Assembly: GCA_964570175.1 (NCBI GenBank)
Contig: CAZMXG010000011.1
Coordinates: 4,417 to 68,416, forward strand
Source of the DNA: an uncultured Heliomicrobium sp.
Lineage (GTDB): Bacteria > Acidobacteriota > Blastocatellia > RBC074
Reading direction: 5' to 3'
Length of the DNA stretch: 64,000 bases
The notes beneath the pieces are model-generated. The model saw nothing but the letters and a program-made list of their open reading frames with translations, was not told the DNA's origin and made no database searches. This document shows positions 1-11,219 of the stretch, piece by piece. Position numbers and translations under genes: made by a program. Within the stretch, counting starts at the first letter, position 1; every line of letters begins with the position of its first letter.

Positions 1-197
1 GGAAACAAATATTCCTCTTCTCGCCCGTGATGATGAGTGTCAGCATAGCGTTGAATGAATTGCAGCGCTTGCGAAAGCGCCTCAGCCGGAACGTCGTCGC
101 CCGCCTTCAGCCTTAAGCACATTCCGTCCAGCGCCCGCAGCACTTGCTCAATGACACGGTGTTCATGGCGAAGGATATGAGTCGGTCGCGGTGTCAT
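1..197 (-). CDS. hemerythrin (HHE cation-binding) domain protein, N-terminal part only; gene continues beyond window start
   Basis: Minus-strand ATG at 195-197 overlaps (ATGA) the stop of the upstream 547-aa gene. Translation MTPRPTHILRHEHRVIEQVLRALDGMCLRLKAGDDVPAEALSQALQFIQRYADTHHHGREEEYLF carries hemerythrin-type H/HxxxE metal-ligand motifs. Below ORF-track size cutoff because truncated. Confidence 0.5.
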   Translation of the reverse strand, partial: MTPRPTHILRHEHRVIEQVLRALDGMCLRLKAGDDVPAEALSQALQFIQRYADTHHHGREEEYLF

Positions 198-1837
198 TTC
201 TTCTGCTCCATTTGAGGATTGTTGCCAATCAATTCCTGTTGCCGCAGCCAATCAGTTGCCCGATGAGTCACTGTTAAAAGTTGGCCGTCGGTGTCGAGTT
301 CAAGGCAATCACCATCTACCTTTTCGTCCAAACTCAGCGACTCTTGCCGCTGGCGTAGACAGGTTTCCCAGGTGGCATCGGAAAGACCATTTCCAAGCGT
401 CAACCGTTTGTCGAGCCGGCTGCGCGTAAGTTCGGGCGTCAATTGGCACTTGATAAGCCTCCATTCCGCCCCGGCAGCTTGCGCCATCTGGCCCGCCAAC
501 TTTCGATCTTCTGCACGCAAAAAAGTCGCATCCAGCACGACGCCGCCATTTTCGATAAGTTGTGTGCGCGCGCTTTCAATCAGCTTCTGATAGGTGAAAC
601 GGATGGCTTCGTCCCGATACGCGCCTTCACCATAAGCAGACGGGTGTTTGGCTTCGCCAAAAAGCGATTGCCGAATGACATCGGAAGAAACTACTCGAAA
701 TCCGAGTTCGCCCGCGATGGCGCGGGCGACTGAAGTTTTGCCCGTGCCAGAAAACCCGCTGACAGCAATAACCGTCGGTCGCCTCAAGCGCGATGCGTAA
801 CGGCGCGCCAGCTCGAAATACTTCGCGGCATTGTCCGTGGCCGCCTGATGTTCCTCTTGACTGAACTCTGTTTCATTGAGCTGGAAGCTGAGCACTTTTC
901 CCCGTACGAATGCGCGGTAGCAACGATAGAAAGGCAACAACGTGAAAAAGTCTTTGTCAGGTGTCCTCCCGCCGTAAGCTTCGGTAAAGAAATAACCCAG
1001 GTCCGGTCTGCCGCGCGCGTCCAAATCCATGGCCAGAAAGGCTGCTTCGCTGGCAATGTCGTCACAGCGAAACCGATCATTGAACTCAATGCAGTCGTAA
1101 ATGCAAATGGCATCGTCTTTCACGCAAATGCTTTCGCAACGCACGTCCCCATGCCCATCCACAATCCGGCCTTCGCGCACGCGGCCAGTAAACAGCTCGA
1201 CTCTCTCTAGCCACCTGCTCACCCAGGCGCGGATTGATTGAAACGCTTCGGCGCTGATCGTGTGACCGATGAAGGATTCAGTCTGCGCAAAGTTTTCTTC
1301 CCAGTTGTGGCGAATTTCCGCCGGATTGCCCCACTTCGCCACGTCAGACCCACGCCTGGCCGTGCGATGAAATTCGCTCAACCTGCTGGCAACACGATCA
1401 ATCATCACCTCGGTGACCTCATTGCGCGCGACCAGTTGATCCAACATGCCGTCGTCCGGCAGCCGATTCATCCAAACGCAGTAATCAACGATCTTTCCTG
1501 TTCGCCCTGAAAAACAGATTTGCCCGTCAACTTCGATCACGCCGCCAATGCCGATGTAAGTATCCGGGCAAAGGCGGCGATTCAGCCGCACTTCCTCTTC
1601 ACAAGCCTGCTGGCGTTTTTTCAGTGTTGTGTAATCGAGAAAGCCAAAATCAACAGGCTTCTTCAGTTTGACAACGTGCCTGCGTCCCAACAGCAAGACA
1701 GAGATATGCGTTTGCTTCACCTCAATCGGCAACTCGTCTGCTGTCCATTCCGGCGCATGGCGCAACTGCTCGACCATCGCCAGCCACGACTTCAAATCCG
1801 TTTTCTCCTCAGCCTGTATGACTTTCATTGTTGACAC
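194..1837 (-). CDS. bifunctional aminoglycoside-phosphotransferase-like kinase / P-loop ATPase family protein
   Basis: 547-aa ORF. N-terminal APH/choline-kinase-like fold region, C-terminal Walker A (VSGFSGTGKTSVA) AAA/kinase module. Good ORF length and codon usage. Confidence 0.7.
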   Translation of the reverse strand: MSTMKVIQAEEKTDLKSWLAMVEQLRHAPEWTADELPIEVKQTHISVLLLGRRHVVKLKKPVDFGFLDYTTLKKRQQACEEEVRLNRRLCPDTYIGIGGVIEVDGQICFSGRTGKIVDYCVWMNRLPDDGMLDQLVARNEVTEVMIDRVASRLSEFHRTARRGSDVAKWGNPAEIRHNWEENFAQTESFIGHTISAEAFQSIRAWVSRWLERVELFTGRVREGRIVDGHGDVRCESICVKDDAICIYDCIEFNDRFRCDDIASEAAFLAMDLDARGRPDLGYFFTEAYGGRTPDKDFFTLLPFYRCYRAFVRGKVLSFQLNETEFSQEEHQAATDNAAKYFELARRYASRLRRPTVIAVSGFSGTGKTSVARAIAGELGFRVVSSDVIRQSLFGEAKHPSAYGEGAYRDEAIRFTYQKLIESARTQLIENGGVVLDATFLRAEDRKLAGQMAQAAGAEWRLIKCQLTPELTRSRLDKRLTLGNGLSDATWETCLRQRQESLSLDEKVDGDCLELDTDGQLLTVTHRATDWLRQQELIGNNPQMEQKK

Positions 1838-1859
1838 CTTCTGCCGTTGGCCGTGCGTT

Positions 1860-2021
1860 TCACAAGAAATGTTCCTGTTGACACTCGACGTGACCGCATC
1901 GGCAATCGCCTGTGTCCGGGTCGTTGTCTAATTGTTCGCACTGCTCGCTACAAAATAGTTTTCCTGCCGACACGGGACAATGACAGGGCAAATTCGCGCA
2001 TTTGTCAGTCTGGTCGCTCAT
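1860..2021 (-). CDS. bacterial metallothionein-like protein (SmtA/BmtA family), 53 aa; absent from ORF track (<60 aa)
   Basis: Hand translation of the minus strand gives MSDQTDKCANLPCHCPVSAGKLFCSEQCEQLDNDPDTGDCRCGHVECQQEHFL, with 9 Cys and 3 His in the SmtA-like pattern (KCA..PC.C...CSE.C...C.CGH..C). Strong SD (AAGGAG) 7 nt upstream of the ATG at 2021. Confidence 0.6.
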   Translation of the reverse strand: MSDQTDKCANLPCHCPVSAGKLFCSEQCEQLDNDPDTGDCRCGHVECQQEHFL

Positions 2022-2035
2022 AGTTGCTCCTTCTT

Positions 2036-2737
2036 TTAATTCAGATGTTGATTTTCCGAGCCAACGCTTTTCTTGATCGCCTCAATCTTACCTGGCCTTC
2101 CCGCTTGCTTTAGCAGTTTGCAAACTTCCTCATCCATCGTCTGATCAAAATCTTCATACCAAAACCCAACAGCATAAAATGGCTCCACGGCCTCTTCGCA
2201 CACACAGCGAATCCCTTCGGTGGGCCGGTTGAAGGATTCACAACTTGATGCGGCGGCGATGGGAACTGCCACGATGATGCGAGCGGGATGTTGTTTGTAT
2301 ATCGCAGCGACAGCCGCCTGCATCGTAGAGCCGGTGGCCAATCCATCGTCCACCACAATCACAGTGCGCCCGTCGAGTTTTGGCACCGGACGGTTGCCGC
2401 GATAAAGCCGTTCGCGCCGCTCCAGTTCGGGCAATTCCTGCCCTGCGATTTCCGCGATGACGTCATCCGTTATTCCCAAAGACCCGACAACATCATCATT
2501 CAGCACTTGTGTCCCGCCCGTCGCAATCGCTCCCATCGCCAGTTCTTCCTGTCCCGGCACACCGAGTTTACGCACAAGCAAAACATCCAGTGGCGCATGC
2601 AGCGCCTCGGCTACTTCATAACCAACCGGCACACCGCCACGCGGCAACGCCAGCACGATTACATCTGACCTGCCCGCGTAACCATCAAGCAATCGCGCCA
2701 ATCGTCTGCCCGCTTCTCGACGATCTTTGAATCTCAT
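2036..2737 (-). CDS. phosphoribosyltransferase family protein
   Basis: PRTase motif VIVVDDGLATGSTM. Start chosen at MRFKDRREAG (ATG at 2737) preceded by the SD GGAGATAAAGG. The longer track ORF (to 2950) has no SD and an atypical N-terminus. Confidence 0.7.
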   Translation of the reverse strand: MRFKDRREAGRRLARLLDGYAGRSDVIVLALPRGGVPVGYEVAEALHAPLDVLLVRKLGVPGQEELAMGAIATGGTQVLNDDVVGSLGITDDVIAEIAGQELPELERRERLYRGNRPVPKLDGRTVIVVDDGLATGSTMQAAVAAIYKQHPARIIVAVPIAAASSCESFNRPTEGIRCVCEEAVEPFYAVGFWYEDFDQTMDEEVCKLLKQAGRPGKIEAIKKSVGSENQHLN

Positions 2738-3070
2738 TCCTTTATCTCCTGTTGAGTGAATCCCCGCAGCAGACTTTTCTTGACTAGGAAATTTCCACAC
2801 CAGCGTGGTGGAAATCATCCAGCTTTGCGCCATCTTCCGGCCTAGGGAGTATATTGCCAACGATACGACTCTCGCCCGTAACAGGTCGTGCAAGCCTTGT
2901 ACCTTTGATCGGTGAAACTTACAGCCGCAACAGTTACTGCCGACGGCCAATTGGCGCCTTTATCCAACAAAGGGGGCAGCCTCAGAGCTTAAGAGCATTG
3001 GCGGCACGTCCATTGCAAACGTAAATTGTCTAAAGGGTGGTTATGCAAACTTTTAGCGGGAGGCAATGCA

Positions 3071-3487
3071 ATGTTCAGCCAAATGGGAGACCGTGAATCA
3101 CGCGCGTTGCTCCGTGAAGGCAACGTTGGAAGGCTGGGATGTTGCGACAAGGGCAGGCCTTACGTCGTGCCCGTGAATTATTTTTACGACGGTGAATTCG
3201 TTTACGTTCATTCGCTGCTAGGTCACAAGATTGATGTCTTGCAGGTCAATCCGCAGGCCTGCCTGCAAACTGACGCGGTCAAGGACGATTACCACTGGCG
3301 CAGTGCCATTGCCTTCGGTGTGTATGAAGAAATCGCCAATCAGGAATTGCGAACCCGGGTTTTGGAAAGTCTGCTCCAACGCCTGCCCCATCAAACGCCG
3401 GTTGAATCGCGTCTGAGCGATCCAGCCAAGGTGATCGTCTTTCGGCTGCGCATCACGGAAGTTACAGGCGTATACGAAACCTGGTAA
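3071..3487 (+). CDS. pyridoxamine 5'-phosphate oxidase (PNPOx-like / NimA-like flavin-binding split-barrel) family protein
   Basis: Family-typical residues (GRLGCCDKGRPYVVPVNYFYDGEFVYVHS). Start at MFSQMG after the SD GGGAGG. Confidence 0.6.
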   Translation: MFSQMGDRESRALLREGNVGRLGCCDKGRPYVVPVNYFYDGEFVYVHSLLGHKIDVLQVNPQACLQTDAVKDDYHWRSAIAFGVYEEIANQELRTRVLESLLQRLPHQTPVESRLSDPAKVIVFRLRITEVTGVYETW

Positions 3488-3534
3488 ACCATTTGGCCCG
3501 GCTTCATGCTGCGGTCTTAGTTACGGAGGTAGCT

Positions 3535-3897
3535 ATGTCAACTGAAATCAACCATGATCAATGGACAACGTTCTTTGATGAATTCAGCAAGCGCAATCAT
3601 TCGCGTCCGACACGAATCGAAGTTTTCGGCGAAATGGGTGCGCAGGAAGCAGAACGGCATTTGCCGCTGAATGGGGTTAGCGTAGATGAAAATGGCAGTA
3701 GCGCGCCCCGGATCGAAATTTTACTCGGCGGCGACTCGCCAGGTGATATGCAGCATTTGACCCATGTGGTGACACGGGCGTCTTCTGTTTTCCTGAAAGC
3801 TGGCGCCGACGGAAATGATGAAGCTTTGGAAGTAGTAGATTCTGATGGGGCTAAAACGCTGTTGCGTTTTGAATCTCCAATTTATCTTCAAGCCTGA
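3535..3897 (+). CDS. DUF5335-like hypothetical protein
   Basis: ORF begins MSTEINHDQW after a GGAGG SD. The family assignment is from memory of similar small acidic proteins and is low-certainty. Confidence 0.45.
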   Translation: MSTEINHDQWTTFFDEFSKRNHSRPTRIEVFGEMGAQEAERHLPLNGVSVDENGSSAPRIEILLGGDSPGDMQHLTHVVTRASSVFLKAGADGNDEALEVVDSDGAKTLLRFESPIYLQA

Positions 3898-4037
3898 GCA
3901 AGCACGATAAGAAACAGCCGGGGCAGATTGAGCTCTGACCCGGCTTTACCTGCCCGACGTCGCTTTTCAGCCATCCGCGGCTTGTATATTCGCGGCCATG
4001 TGAATTGACCATCCTCGGTTGAGGCCTTCCCCGTTTT

Positions 4038-6731
4038 TCATCGAGTTACATTGCCGTTTTCTGCCCAGACGACCAATCCAGGCAGAAACGATGTGACCAG
4101 GTCAGCATGGTGAGGCAGCACTCGCACAGTGAATCCGTGCAATCCGCTGCGGCCGCAAGCAAGGGAAGTTGCCTCGAATAAGTAAACGCCATCGCTGCAT
4201 TCGCCATTTGCGTGCATTGGAACCGTTTGGGCTTTGATGATTTCGTTGTCGGCATTGATCAGCCCCAGATAAAGTTCCACTTTGACATTTGCCGGTGTCA
4301 GCGCGCCCAATTGAACCTGTGCCTGCACCTTGATTTCGCTGTTCACCTGCAGTTCGGCTAACTCGCCTGATGCAACCGACACGATGCGTACTGCGGGCCA
4401 TTGCTGGCGCAGCCGCTCTTTCCAGCTTGCCAGCGATCGAGCATGCGCCAAGCCGTCCGCTGTCAATTGATGGTGGCGAGCTGCAGCAGGCAAATAAAAA
4501 CCTTCAGTATATTCGCGCACCATCCGATGCGTGTTGAAAAAATGGCAGAGGCTGGCGATGGAAGCTTTCATCCTGGCGATCCACCGGCGCGGCAGTTTAT
4601 CCGTGCCGCGCTCGTAAAAGGTGGGAATCACATCGCCTTCCAGCAGATCATAAAGCGCTTCGGCCTCGACTTCGTCCTGATGATTTGGGTCGTCATACAA
4701 TTCGCCGCGTCCGATTGCCCAACCAATTGCGGATTGCGGATTGCGGATTGCGGATTCGTCGTCTTTCCAGAAACCAAGCTCTGATTCTGGCGAAACTGTA
4801 GAAAAACCTGTTTCCTCCAAATCTCCGCCTCCCTCCTGCAACCCATAATTCCAAGCTTCGTCCCACCAGCCATCAAGTGTGCTCAGATTCAAAACACCAT
4901 TGGCGGCGGCCTTCATGCCACTTGTGCCGCTGGCTTCCAGCGGGCGTCGTGGAGTGCTCAGCCAAACGTCTGCCCCTTGCACCATCGAGCGTGCGATGGC
5001 CATTCCGTACCCTTCCAGAAAGACCAGCCGCTGGCGGAATTCAGGGCGACGCGATAACGCGACAATCTGCTTGATCAACTCTTTCCCCGCTTCGTCGCGC
5101 GGATGCGCCTGGCCGGCGAAGATAATTTGCACCGGCCGCGCAGGATCATTCAGGATGCGAGCCAGTCGTTCAGGATCGCGCAACAGCAGCGTCGCGCGTT
5201 TATAAGCGGCAAATCGCCGCCCGAAGCCGATGGTCAGAATATCCGGGTTCAAAACTTCATCTGCCGCCTCGATCTCGGCTTGCGGCGCGCCCCGGCGTTC
5301 AAGCTGGAACCGCAAGTGACGGCGGGCGAAATTGACCAACCGTTCACGACGACGTTCATGCGTGCGCCAAAGCTCTTCAGCGGAGATGCGATGAACACGC
5401 GCCCAGAGTGTTTCGTCCGCAGGCTCTTCGTGCCAGCGCGGTCCCAGATGGCGATCGTACAGTTCGTCCATTTCTTGCGAAATCCAGGATTGAAAATGCA
5501 CACCGTTGGTAACCTGGCCGATGGGAATTTCGTTTTCGGGCACACCAGGCCACAACGCGCCCCACATCCGGCGCGTAACCTGGCGGTGCAAACGGCTGAC
5601 ACCGTTCGACGATTGCGCCATCCGCAATGCCAGAATGGTCATACAAAACGGTTCGCTGTCATCATCGGCGTCCTTGCGGCCCAGAGACAGAAAATCCTTG
5701 AACGGCAGGCGGAAATCGTCCGCGTAGTCATTGAAGTAGCACGACATCAGCTCAGGCGAAAAGTAATCGTGGCCGGCGGGCACTGGCGTGTGGGTGGTGA
5801 AGATCAATCCGGCGGAAGCGGCTTCGCGCGCTTCGGCAAAAGAAAGAGTGTGAATTTTCATCAGCCGCCGAATGCGTTCAAGGGCAAGAAACGCTGAATG
5901 CCCTTCATTCAAATGATAAACGCTGGGCTCGATGCCCAACGCTTCCAAAGCGCGATAACCGCCGATGCCCAGCATGATTTCCTGCTGGATGCGCATTTCG
6001 CTGTCGCCGCCATAAAGTTGATCCGTGATGTCCTGATCCTGCCGGTTATTTTGCGGGATATTGGTGTCAAGCAGATAAAGCGCGACGCGGCCCACCTGTG
6101 CGCGCCAGATTTGCGCCGCGATCCTCCGTCCCGGATAGCTTACTTCGACGACAAGCGGTGCTCCGTTATCGCCGCGTTCCAGGGTCAGCGGCAAGTTGTG
6201 GAAATCATTGTCTGCGTATTCTTCCTGCTGCCAGCCTGCTTCGTTCAGGTATTGACGAAAATATCCCTGCTGATACAGCAATCCTACGCCCACCAGCGGC
6301 AGCCCCAGGTCGCTGGCCGATTTCAAGTGGTCGCCCGCCAGAATACCCAGGCCTCCGGCGAAAATCGAAAGACAGTCCGTTAAGCCGAATTCGGCTGAAA
6401 AATAGGCAATCAGAGGCTGATCAACTTTGCCATGTTTTCGGCGAAACCAGGTGGATTCGCTTTTTTGGTAGACTTCGAAATCGTTGGCGACGCGGTTCAA
6501 GTGCGCCAGAAAGCCTTCGTCCGCCGCCGCATCTTGCAACTTTGCCTGATCAATCGTGCCAAGCATCAGAACCGGGTTGTGGCCGGATTGTTCCCAAAGA
6601 TCACGGTCCCAGCGAAAGAGTTCGATTGCATCGTGATTCCAGACCCAGCGCAGGTCGTAAATCAAACTGCGCTGCTGTTCCAGCTCCGCAGGCAAAAACG
6701 GTTTGACTGTAAAAGTGCGGATTGGTTTCAA
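4038..6731 (-). CDS. glgP: alpha-glucan (glycogen/maltodextrin) phosphorylase, GT35 family, bacterial long form
   Basis: 897-aa ORF. GT35 phosphorylase signatures including the pyridoxal-phosphate region (EASGTSGMKAAANG) and an N-terminal DUF3417-type extension. Confidence 0.85.
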   Translation of the reverse strand: MKPIRTFTVKPFLPAELEQQRSLIYDLRWVWNHDAIELFRWDRDLWEQSGHNPVLMLGTIDQAKLQDAAADEGFLAHLNRVANDFEVYQKSESTWFRRKHGKVDQPLIAYFSAEFGLTDCLSIFAGGLGILAGDHLKSASDLGLPLVGVGLLYQQGYFRQYLNEAGWQQEEYADNDFHNLPLTLERGDNGAPLVVEVSYPGRRIAAQIWRAQVGRVALYLLDTNIPQNNRQDQDITDQLYGGDSEMRIQQEIMLGIGGYRALEALGIEPSVYHLNEGHSAFLALERIRRLMKIHTLSFAEAREAASAGLIFTTHTPVPAGHDYFSPELMSCYFNDYADDFRLPFKDFLSLGRKDADDDSEPFCMTILALRMAQSSNGVSRLHRQVTRRMWGALWPGVPENEIPIGQVTNGVHFQSWISQEMDELYDRHLGPRWHEEPADETLWARVHRISAEELWRTHERRRERLVNFARRHLRFQLERRGAPQAEIEAADEVLNPDILTIGFGRRFAAYKRATLLLRDPERLARILNDPARPVQIIFAGQAHPRDEAGKELIKQIVALSRRPEFRQRLVFLEGYGMAIARSMVQGADVWLSTPRRPLEASGTSGMKAAANGVLNLSTLDGWWDEAWNYGLQEGGGDLEETGFSTVSPESELGFWKDDESAIRNPQSAIGWAIGRGELYDDPNHQDEVEAEALYDLLEGDVIPTFYERGTDKLPRRWIARMKASIASLCHFFNTHRMVREYTEGFYLPAAARHHQLTADGLAHARSLASWKERLRQQWPAVRIVSVASGELAELQVNSEIKVQAQVQLGALTPANVKVELYLGLINADNEIIKAQTVPMHANGECSDGVYLFEATSLACGRSGLHGFTVRVLPHHADLVTSFLPGLVVWAENGNVTR

Positions 6732-6756
6732 GGGTTCTCTTCCTGCTCAGCGTCTC

Positions 6757-7529
6757 TTACAAAGATCGCTGATGCCGATTCATCTCGCTCAACAACTGGG
6801 TCCGGCGATGAACCAATGCGGCCATTTCCGTCAAACTACAGGGCATCGCCCGATATTTTGGCAGCAACCCGGCCAATTTTGCCTCTCCGATGACGCGAGC
6901 TGCCGATACCAGCAACGGAATGCTGGCGTGCAGTTCATTTGCTCGCAAGGTTTTTAGCGCGGCTTCCAGCGCGGGAGATTCCAGATCAATCACGGCCATT
7001 TCGTGAGGTTCCAGACAGGCTTGCTGCAAATCTGTCGGCGTTCTGGCCCAGGCAATGTCCGCTTCCGTTGAATTGAAAATCGTCCTGGCGGCTTTCAACT
7101 TTTCGTCCGTATCCGCGACAACCAGGATTCTCAGCTTCCCCGGCGGCGATGGAAACGCGGATTGGCGCTCGACAAGACTGTTGTTGAGCGCCAATTGAAG
7201 TTCGTGGATGCTAATCGGCTTGGAGATGAAATCATCCGCATCACCGCGCAATGCGCTGATTGTGTTTTCGACGATCACTTCGCCGGTGATAACAATGACG
7301 GCCGGCGGAGGACTGCGGCGCTTGAATTCGCGCAGCAAATCCAGGCCTGACCCATCCGGCAGGTTAATGTCCGTCACAACAGCCACTGGGTGCTCCTGCG
7401 CAAAAACGGCACGCGCGCTGGCGGCGTCAGAAGCCTCAACGGTAGTGTAACCCCATAAATGCAACGCCTCGCCAAGCACGAAGCGAATTTCCGCTTCGTC
7501 ATCAATGATCAACACTTTCTTTTCGGAGT
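6757..7529 (-). CDS. response regulator (receiver domain plus uncharacterised C-terminal domain)
   Basis: Receiver motifs KVLIIDDE...[12 protein letters not shown]...K. Likely GTG start at 7529 preceded by AAAGGAGGG. The track ATG at 7554 would include the SD inside the coding sequence. Confidence 0.7.
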
Positions 7530-7566
7530 TACTCACGATAGACCCTCCTTTCAAATGCCAAAAGGA

Positions 7567-8457
7567 TCAGCGCTGGTTGGGCGCGCGCACAACTTCAACG
7601 GAACAGTGCGCCCGCGCAGCGACAGCAGAAGACACGCTGCCCAGCCGCAATCGTTCGAGCCTGCCCAAGCCCCGTGCGCCGACGAAAATACAATCGGCTT
7701 TCCAGCTTTCCGCTTCGCCAATCAGCAGGCGTTTTGGCTCTTCAGCCTTGATGACAGCCGTTGCGCTTATCCCGGCAGCATTCAGATCGCCGACCATGCT
7801 GTCAACTTTCTTTTTGATCCTCAGGTCTTCTTCGGCAATCCAATCGGCCATCCTGCCAACCAAAGGGCGAGGCGTGAATTCCAGGCTTGGCCAGGCCGCG
7901 TAAACAACGCGCGCTTCACAGCCTTCCGGCCAGTGGCGAGAAGTAAGAACGCGCACAACCTCTTTCGCGTTTGACGATCCGTCAAAACCAACAAGTAACC
8001 GCACAGGCCGTTTTGTTTCATCCTCTGGCTCGCGCGCCACCCGCACCGAACAGTTCGCTTCATGCAGCACTTTTTGCGACACACTGCCAAAAAAGAGCCG
8101 TCCCAGCGCCGAACGTCCGTGTGCGCCCAGCACAACCAGGTCCGGCTTCCAGTCGTCAGCCTTCTCTATGATCACAGTTGCTGGCGATCCCGCGCAGACT
8201 TCCGCTTTGACAGACCACCCTGGCAAAAACTCATGCACACGTTGCGCGGCACTCATCGCCAGCGTTATGTATTCCTGGTCCCGATCAATGTGTTCGACAA
8301 TTTCCAGCCCGGATGGCGGCGGCAACCAGTTTTCAATTACAGCCACCACCTTGCAGTCCGCTTCCGATGGCAATCCAGCCTTGCGCAAATCATCAAGGGC
8401 AGCATCTGCACAGGCAGAACCGTCATACGCAACTAAAACTTTCATTCGATCAGCCAT
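7567..8457 (-). CDS. universal stress protein, tandem UspA domains
   Basis: Two Usp-like domains (VLVAYDGS...VVLGAHGRS...[12 protein letters not shown]...[14 protein letters not shown]). Start at MADRMKV after GGAGG. Confidence 0.8.
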   Translation of the reverse strand: MADRMKVLVAYDGSACADAALDDLRKAGLPSEADCKVVAVIENWLPPPSGLEIVEHIDRDQEYITLAMSAAQRVHEFLPGWSVKAEVCAGSPATVIIEKADDWKPDLVVLGAHGRSALGRLFFGSVSQKVLHEANCSVRVAREPEDETKRPVRLLVGFDGSSNAKEVVRVLTSRHWPEGCEARVVYAAWPSLEFTPRPLVGRMADWIAEEDLRIKKKVDSMVGDLNAAGISATAVIKAEEPKRLLIGEAESWKADCIFVGARGLGRLERLRLGSVSSAVAARAHCSVEVVRAPNQR

Positions 8458-8726
8458 AAAACCTCCATACCGGATTTCCAGCAGTTCTCTGTCTCTTAGT
8501 CTGTTTGGCAAAGACTGTGCCGTCCGTCCAAAGCTTCTATCTGCGGCCAATCAAGGTTAAATTGATCTGCAAGGTGCGACCAACTGTGGATTTTCACGCC
8601 CGGATGCGTGAGATCGCCCACTTGGCCAAAGATTTAAATCTGGCGCCGACAGGAACCAAGCGACTTGCCTGCTTGGAATTGCGTGGCAGGAAGATTGCAA
8701 TTATTTATCGGCCGATCGGATAAACG

Positions 8727-11216
8727 ATGGAACAAACGACAACACATCAAGGATTGTCGAGCGCGGACGCCGCAGCGCGATTGCAGCGATATGGTCCCAA
8801 TTCCCTGCCGGGAAAACCGACTGTGCCATTCTGGCGACGATTCCTGAGGCAATTCCGAAGCCCGCTCATTTATATTCTGTTGGTTGCGCTGGCAGCCGAT
8901 ACAGCCATTTGGTTCAGCGAAGGAGCCAGGGGAACTCCGGTTGAGTCCATTGCCATTGCCATCATTTTGTTGCTGAACGCGGGACTGGGTGTGTATCAGG
9001 AAAGCAAATCGGAAGCTGCACTCGCAGCTTTGCGCGAAATGACCGCGCCGCATGTGTGGGTGATGCGGGACGGACATTTGCAGCACCTGCCCGGCAGCGA
9101 TCTGGTGCCCGGTGATCTTGTGCGAGTCGAAGCCGGGGACCGGATTCCTGCCGATGGCAATCTGGTTGAAGAAGGTGCGATGGTGGATGAATCGGTGCTG
9201 ACGGGTGAATCCGTTCCGATTGAAAAAGAACATGGAGAAGAGGTTTTTAGCGGTACGCTGCTGGTGCGCGGCAAAAGTTACCTGGAAGTCAGCCGGACGG
9301 GCGAACAAAGCGCGATGGGACGATTGGCGGTGATGATCAGCGGCATCCAGGCCGATCCGACGCCGCTGGAACGGCGGCTGGAAAAATTCGGCGGACAGAT
9401 TGCGCGCGGCGTGTTGGTGCTGGTGGTGTTGATCGCCATCGGCGGGTTGCTGGTGGACGGCGTCGAACGTCTCAGTCATATCTTTCTATTTGCGGTGGCC
9501 CTGGCAGTCGCCGCAGTCCCAGAAGGCTTGCCCGCTGTGCTAACCCTGACGCTGGCTTTGGGCGTTGAGCGAATGGCAAAGCGAAAAGCCGTCGTTCGAC
9601 GACTAAGCGCAGTCGAGTCTCTGGGTTCCGTAACCGTCATTGCCACAGACAAAACGGGTACGCTGACCGAAAACCGCATGTTTGTGAAAGACCTGGACAG
9701 TTCCGATCCAGACCGCGCTCTGCACGCTATGACACTGGCCAATGACGCGGAAGAAAAAGCGGGGGCGGGTGATCCGTTGGAGCTTGCGCTGCTGGAATAC
9801 GCGCAGAAACGCGGTATTGAATTGGACCAATTGCGGCAAAATCATTCGCGCCACAGCGACCGCCCTTTCGACAGTTCGTCGAAGTTTATGCGTGTGACGG
9901 TTCACGATGGAGACGAAAAACGGAGTTACCTGAAAGGCGCGCCTGAGGTCATTCTGCGCCGCAGTCTTTTAACCGATGCTGAGCGCAGCGTATGGGAAGA
10001 AAAAGCGGAAGCCTATGCGCGCGAAGGGTGCCGATTGCTGGCGCTGGGGCATCGCGCCGGTGAAGGTGAGCACGAAATCGAGTTTCTGGGTTTGGTGTTG
10101 CTGTGGGATCCGCCGCGCGCGGAAGTTCCTGACGCAATCCGGCGCGCGCAGGAAGCCGGCATCCGGGTGGTGATGATTACAGGTGATCATCCGGCAACAG
10201 CCTTGGCCGTGGCGAATGAAGTCGGCGTTACTGCAGGTCGCGTTTTAACAGGGATTGAACTGGAAACGATGACGCCGGAAGCGTTGCGCGAAGCGGTTCA
10301 TGACACCAATGTCTTTGCGCGCGTTGCGCCCGAACACAAATTGCGGCTGGTGGAAGCGCTGAAAGAAAATGGCGAAATCGTGGCGATGACCGGCGACGGC
10401 GTCAATGATGCGCCTGCGCTGAAACGTTCGGACGTCGGTGTGGCAATGGGAGAACGCGGCAGCGATGTAGCGCGCGAAGTCGCCGACCTGGTATTGATGG
10501 ACGACAATTTCGCCACCATCGTCGCCGCCATTGAAGAAGGGCGCAACATTTACGAAAACATCCAAAAGTTTATCCGGTTCCTGTTTGCCACCAATCTGGC
10601 GGAAACTTCCATTGTGGTTGCAGGAGCATTTGCCGCCGCGTTGATTGGGTTGCGCGACGAAACGGGAGCGATCCTGCTACCTCTGACAGCGGTGCAACTG
10701 TTGTGGATTAATATTCTTACGGATGGCGCGCCAGCGCTGGCACTGGGATTGGATCGCGATTCAACTGTCATGCGCCAGCGGCCACGCAATCCAAAATCGC
10801 CACTGCTGGACCCAGGCTCACTCCGGTTTATCCTGATGGCTGGCTGTGTACTGGCGGCAATCGGCGGCGCGCTGCTGCTGCTCATGCCGCGAATGGGCTT
10901 CACGGTGGCGCAAACGCGCACAGCCGTTTTTCTGCATACCAGCATTGGGCAACTGTTTTATTCCTATCCGGCGCGGCGGAATGTCATTAGCGGCATGCCG
11001 CCACGATTTAATGGCATCTTGCATCTGGCCGTCGTTTTGGGCGTTGGCTTGCAATTGCTGACAGTCGTTGTGCCATGGTTGCGTCCGCTGCTGGGCCTGG
11101 AACCGCTTACGCTCCAATTACTGGTATTGGTGATGACGTCCGTGCTGCTAGCGTGGGGCATTGCTGAAACCTATATCCGTTTGGCGACCAATTCCAGGCA
11201 ATCAACGCGGGAGTAA
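8727..11216 (+). CDS. cation-transporting P-type ATPase (P2/Ca2+-type, HAD-IC)
   Basis: 829 aa. Phosphorylation motif DKTGTLT, hinge motifs TGDHP and [10 protein letters not shown], and 10 predicted TM segments. Confidence 0.85.
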   Translation: MEQTTTHQGLSSADAAARLQRYGPNSLPGKPTVPFWRRFLRQFRSPLIYILLVALAADTAIWFSEGARGTPVESIAIAIILLLNAGLGVYQESKSEAALAALREMTAPHVWVMRDGHLQHLPGSDLVPGDLVRVEAGDRIPADGNLVEEGAMVDESVLTGESVPIEKEHGEEVFSGTLLVRGKSYLEVSRTGEQSAMGRLAVMISGIQADPTPLERRLEKFGGQIARGVLVLVVLIAIGGLLVDGVERLSHIFLFAVALAVAAVPEGLPAVLTLTLALGVERMAKRKAVVRRLSAVESLGSVTVIATDKTGTLTENRMFVKDLDSSDPDRALHAMTLANDAEEKAGAGDPLELALLEYAQKRGIELDQLRQNHSRHSDRPFDSSSKFMRVTVHDGDEKRSYLKGAPEVILRRSLLTDAERSVWEEKAEAYAREGCRLLALGHRAGEGEHEIEFLGLVLLWDPPRAEVPDAIRRAQEAGIRVVMITGDHPATALAVANEVGVTAGRVLTGIELETMTPEALREAVHDTNVFARVAPEHKLRLVEALKENGEIVAMTGDGVNDAPALKRSDVGVAMGERGSDVAREVADLVLMDDNFATIVAAIEEGRNIYENIQKFIRFLFATNLAETSIVVAGAFAAALIGLRDETGAILLPLTAVQLLWINILTDGAPALALGLDRDSTVMRQRPRNPKSPLLDPGSLRFILMAGCVLAAIGGALLLLMPRMGFTVAQTRTAVFLHTSIGQLFYSYPARRNVISGMPPRFNGILHLAVVLGVGLQLLTVVVPWLRPLLGLEPLTLQLLVLVMTSVLLAWGIAETYIRLATNSRQSTRE

Positions 11217-11219
11217 TAA

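Noticed and set aside
2738-2950. Longer 304-aa version of the phosphoribosyltransferase ORF
   Set aside because: The N-terminal extension is Cys/Trp-rich with no SD. The internal ATG at 2737 has a near-consensus SD and gives a canonical PRTase length.
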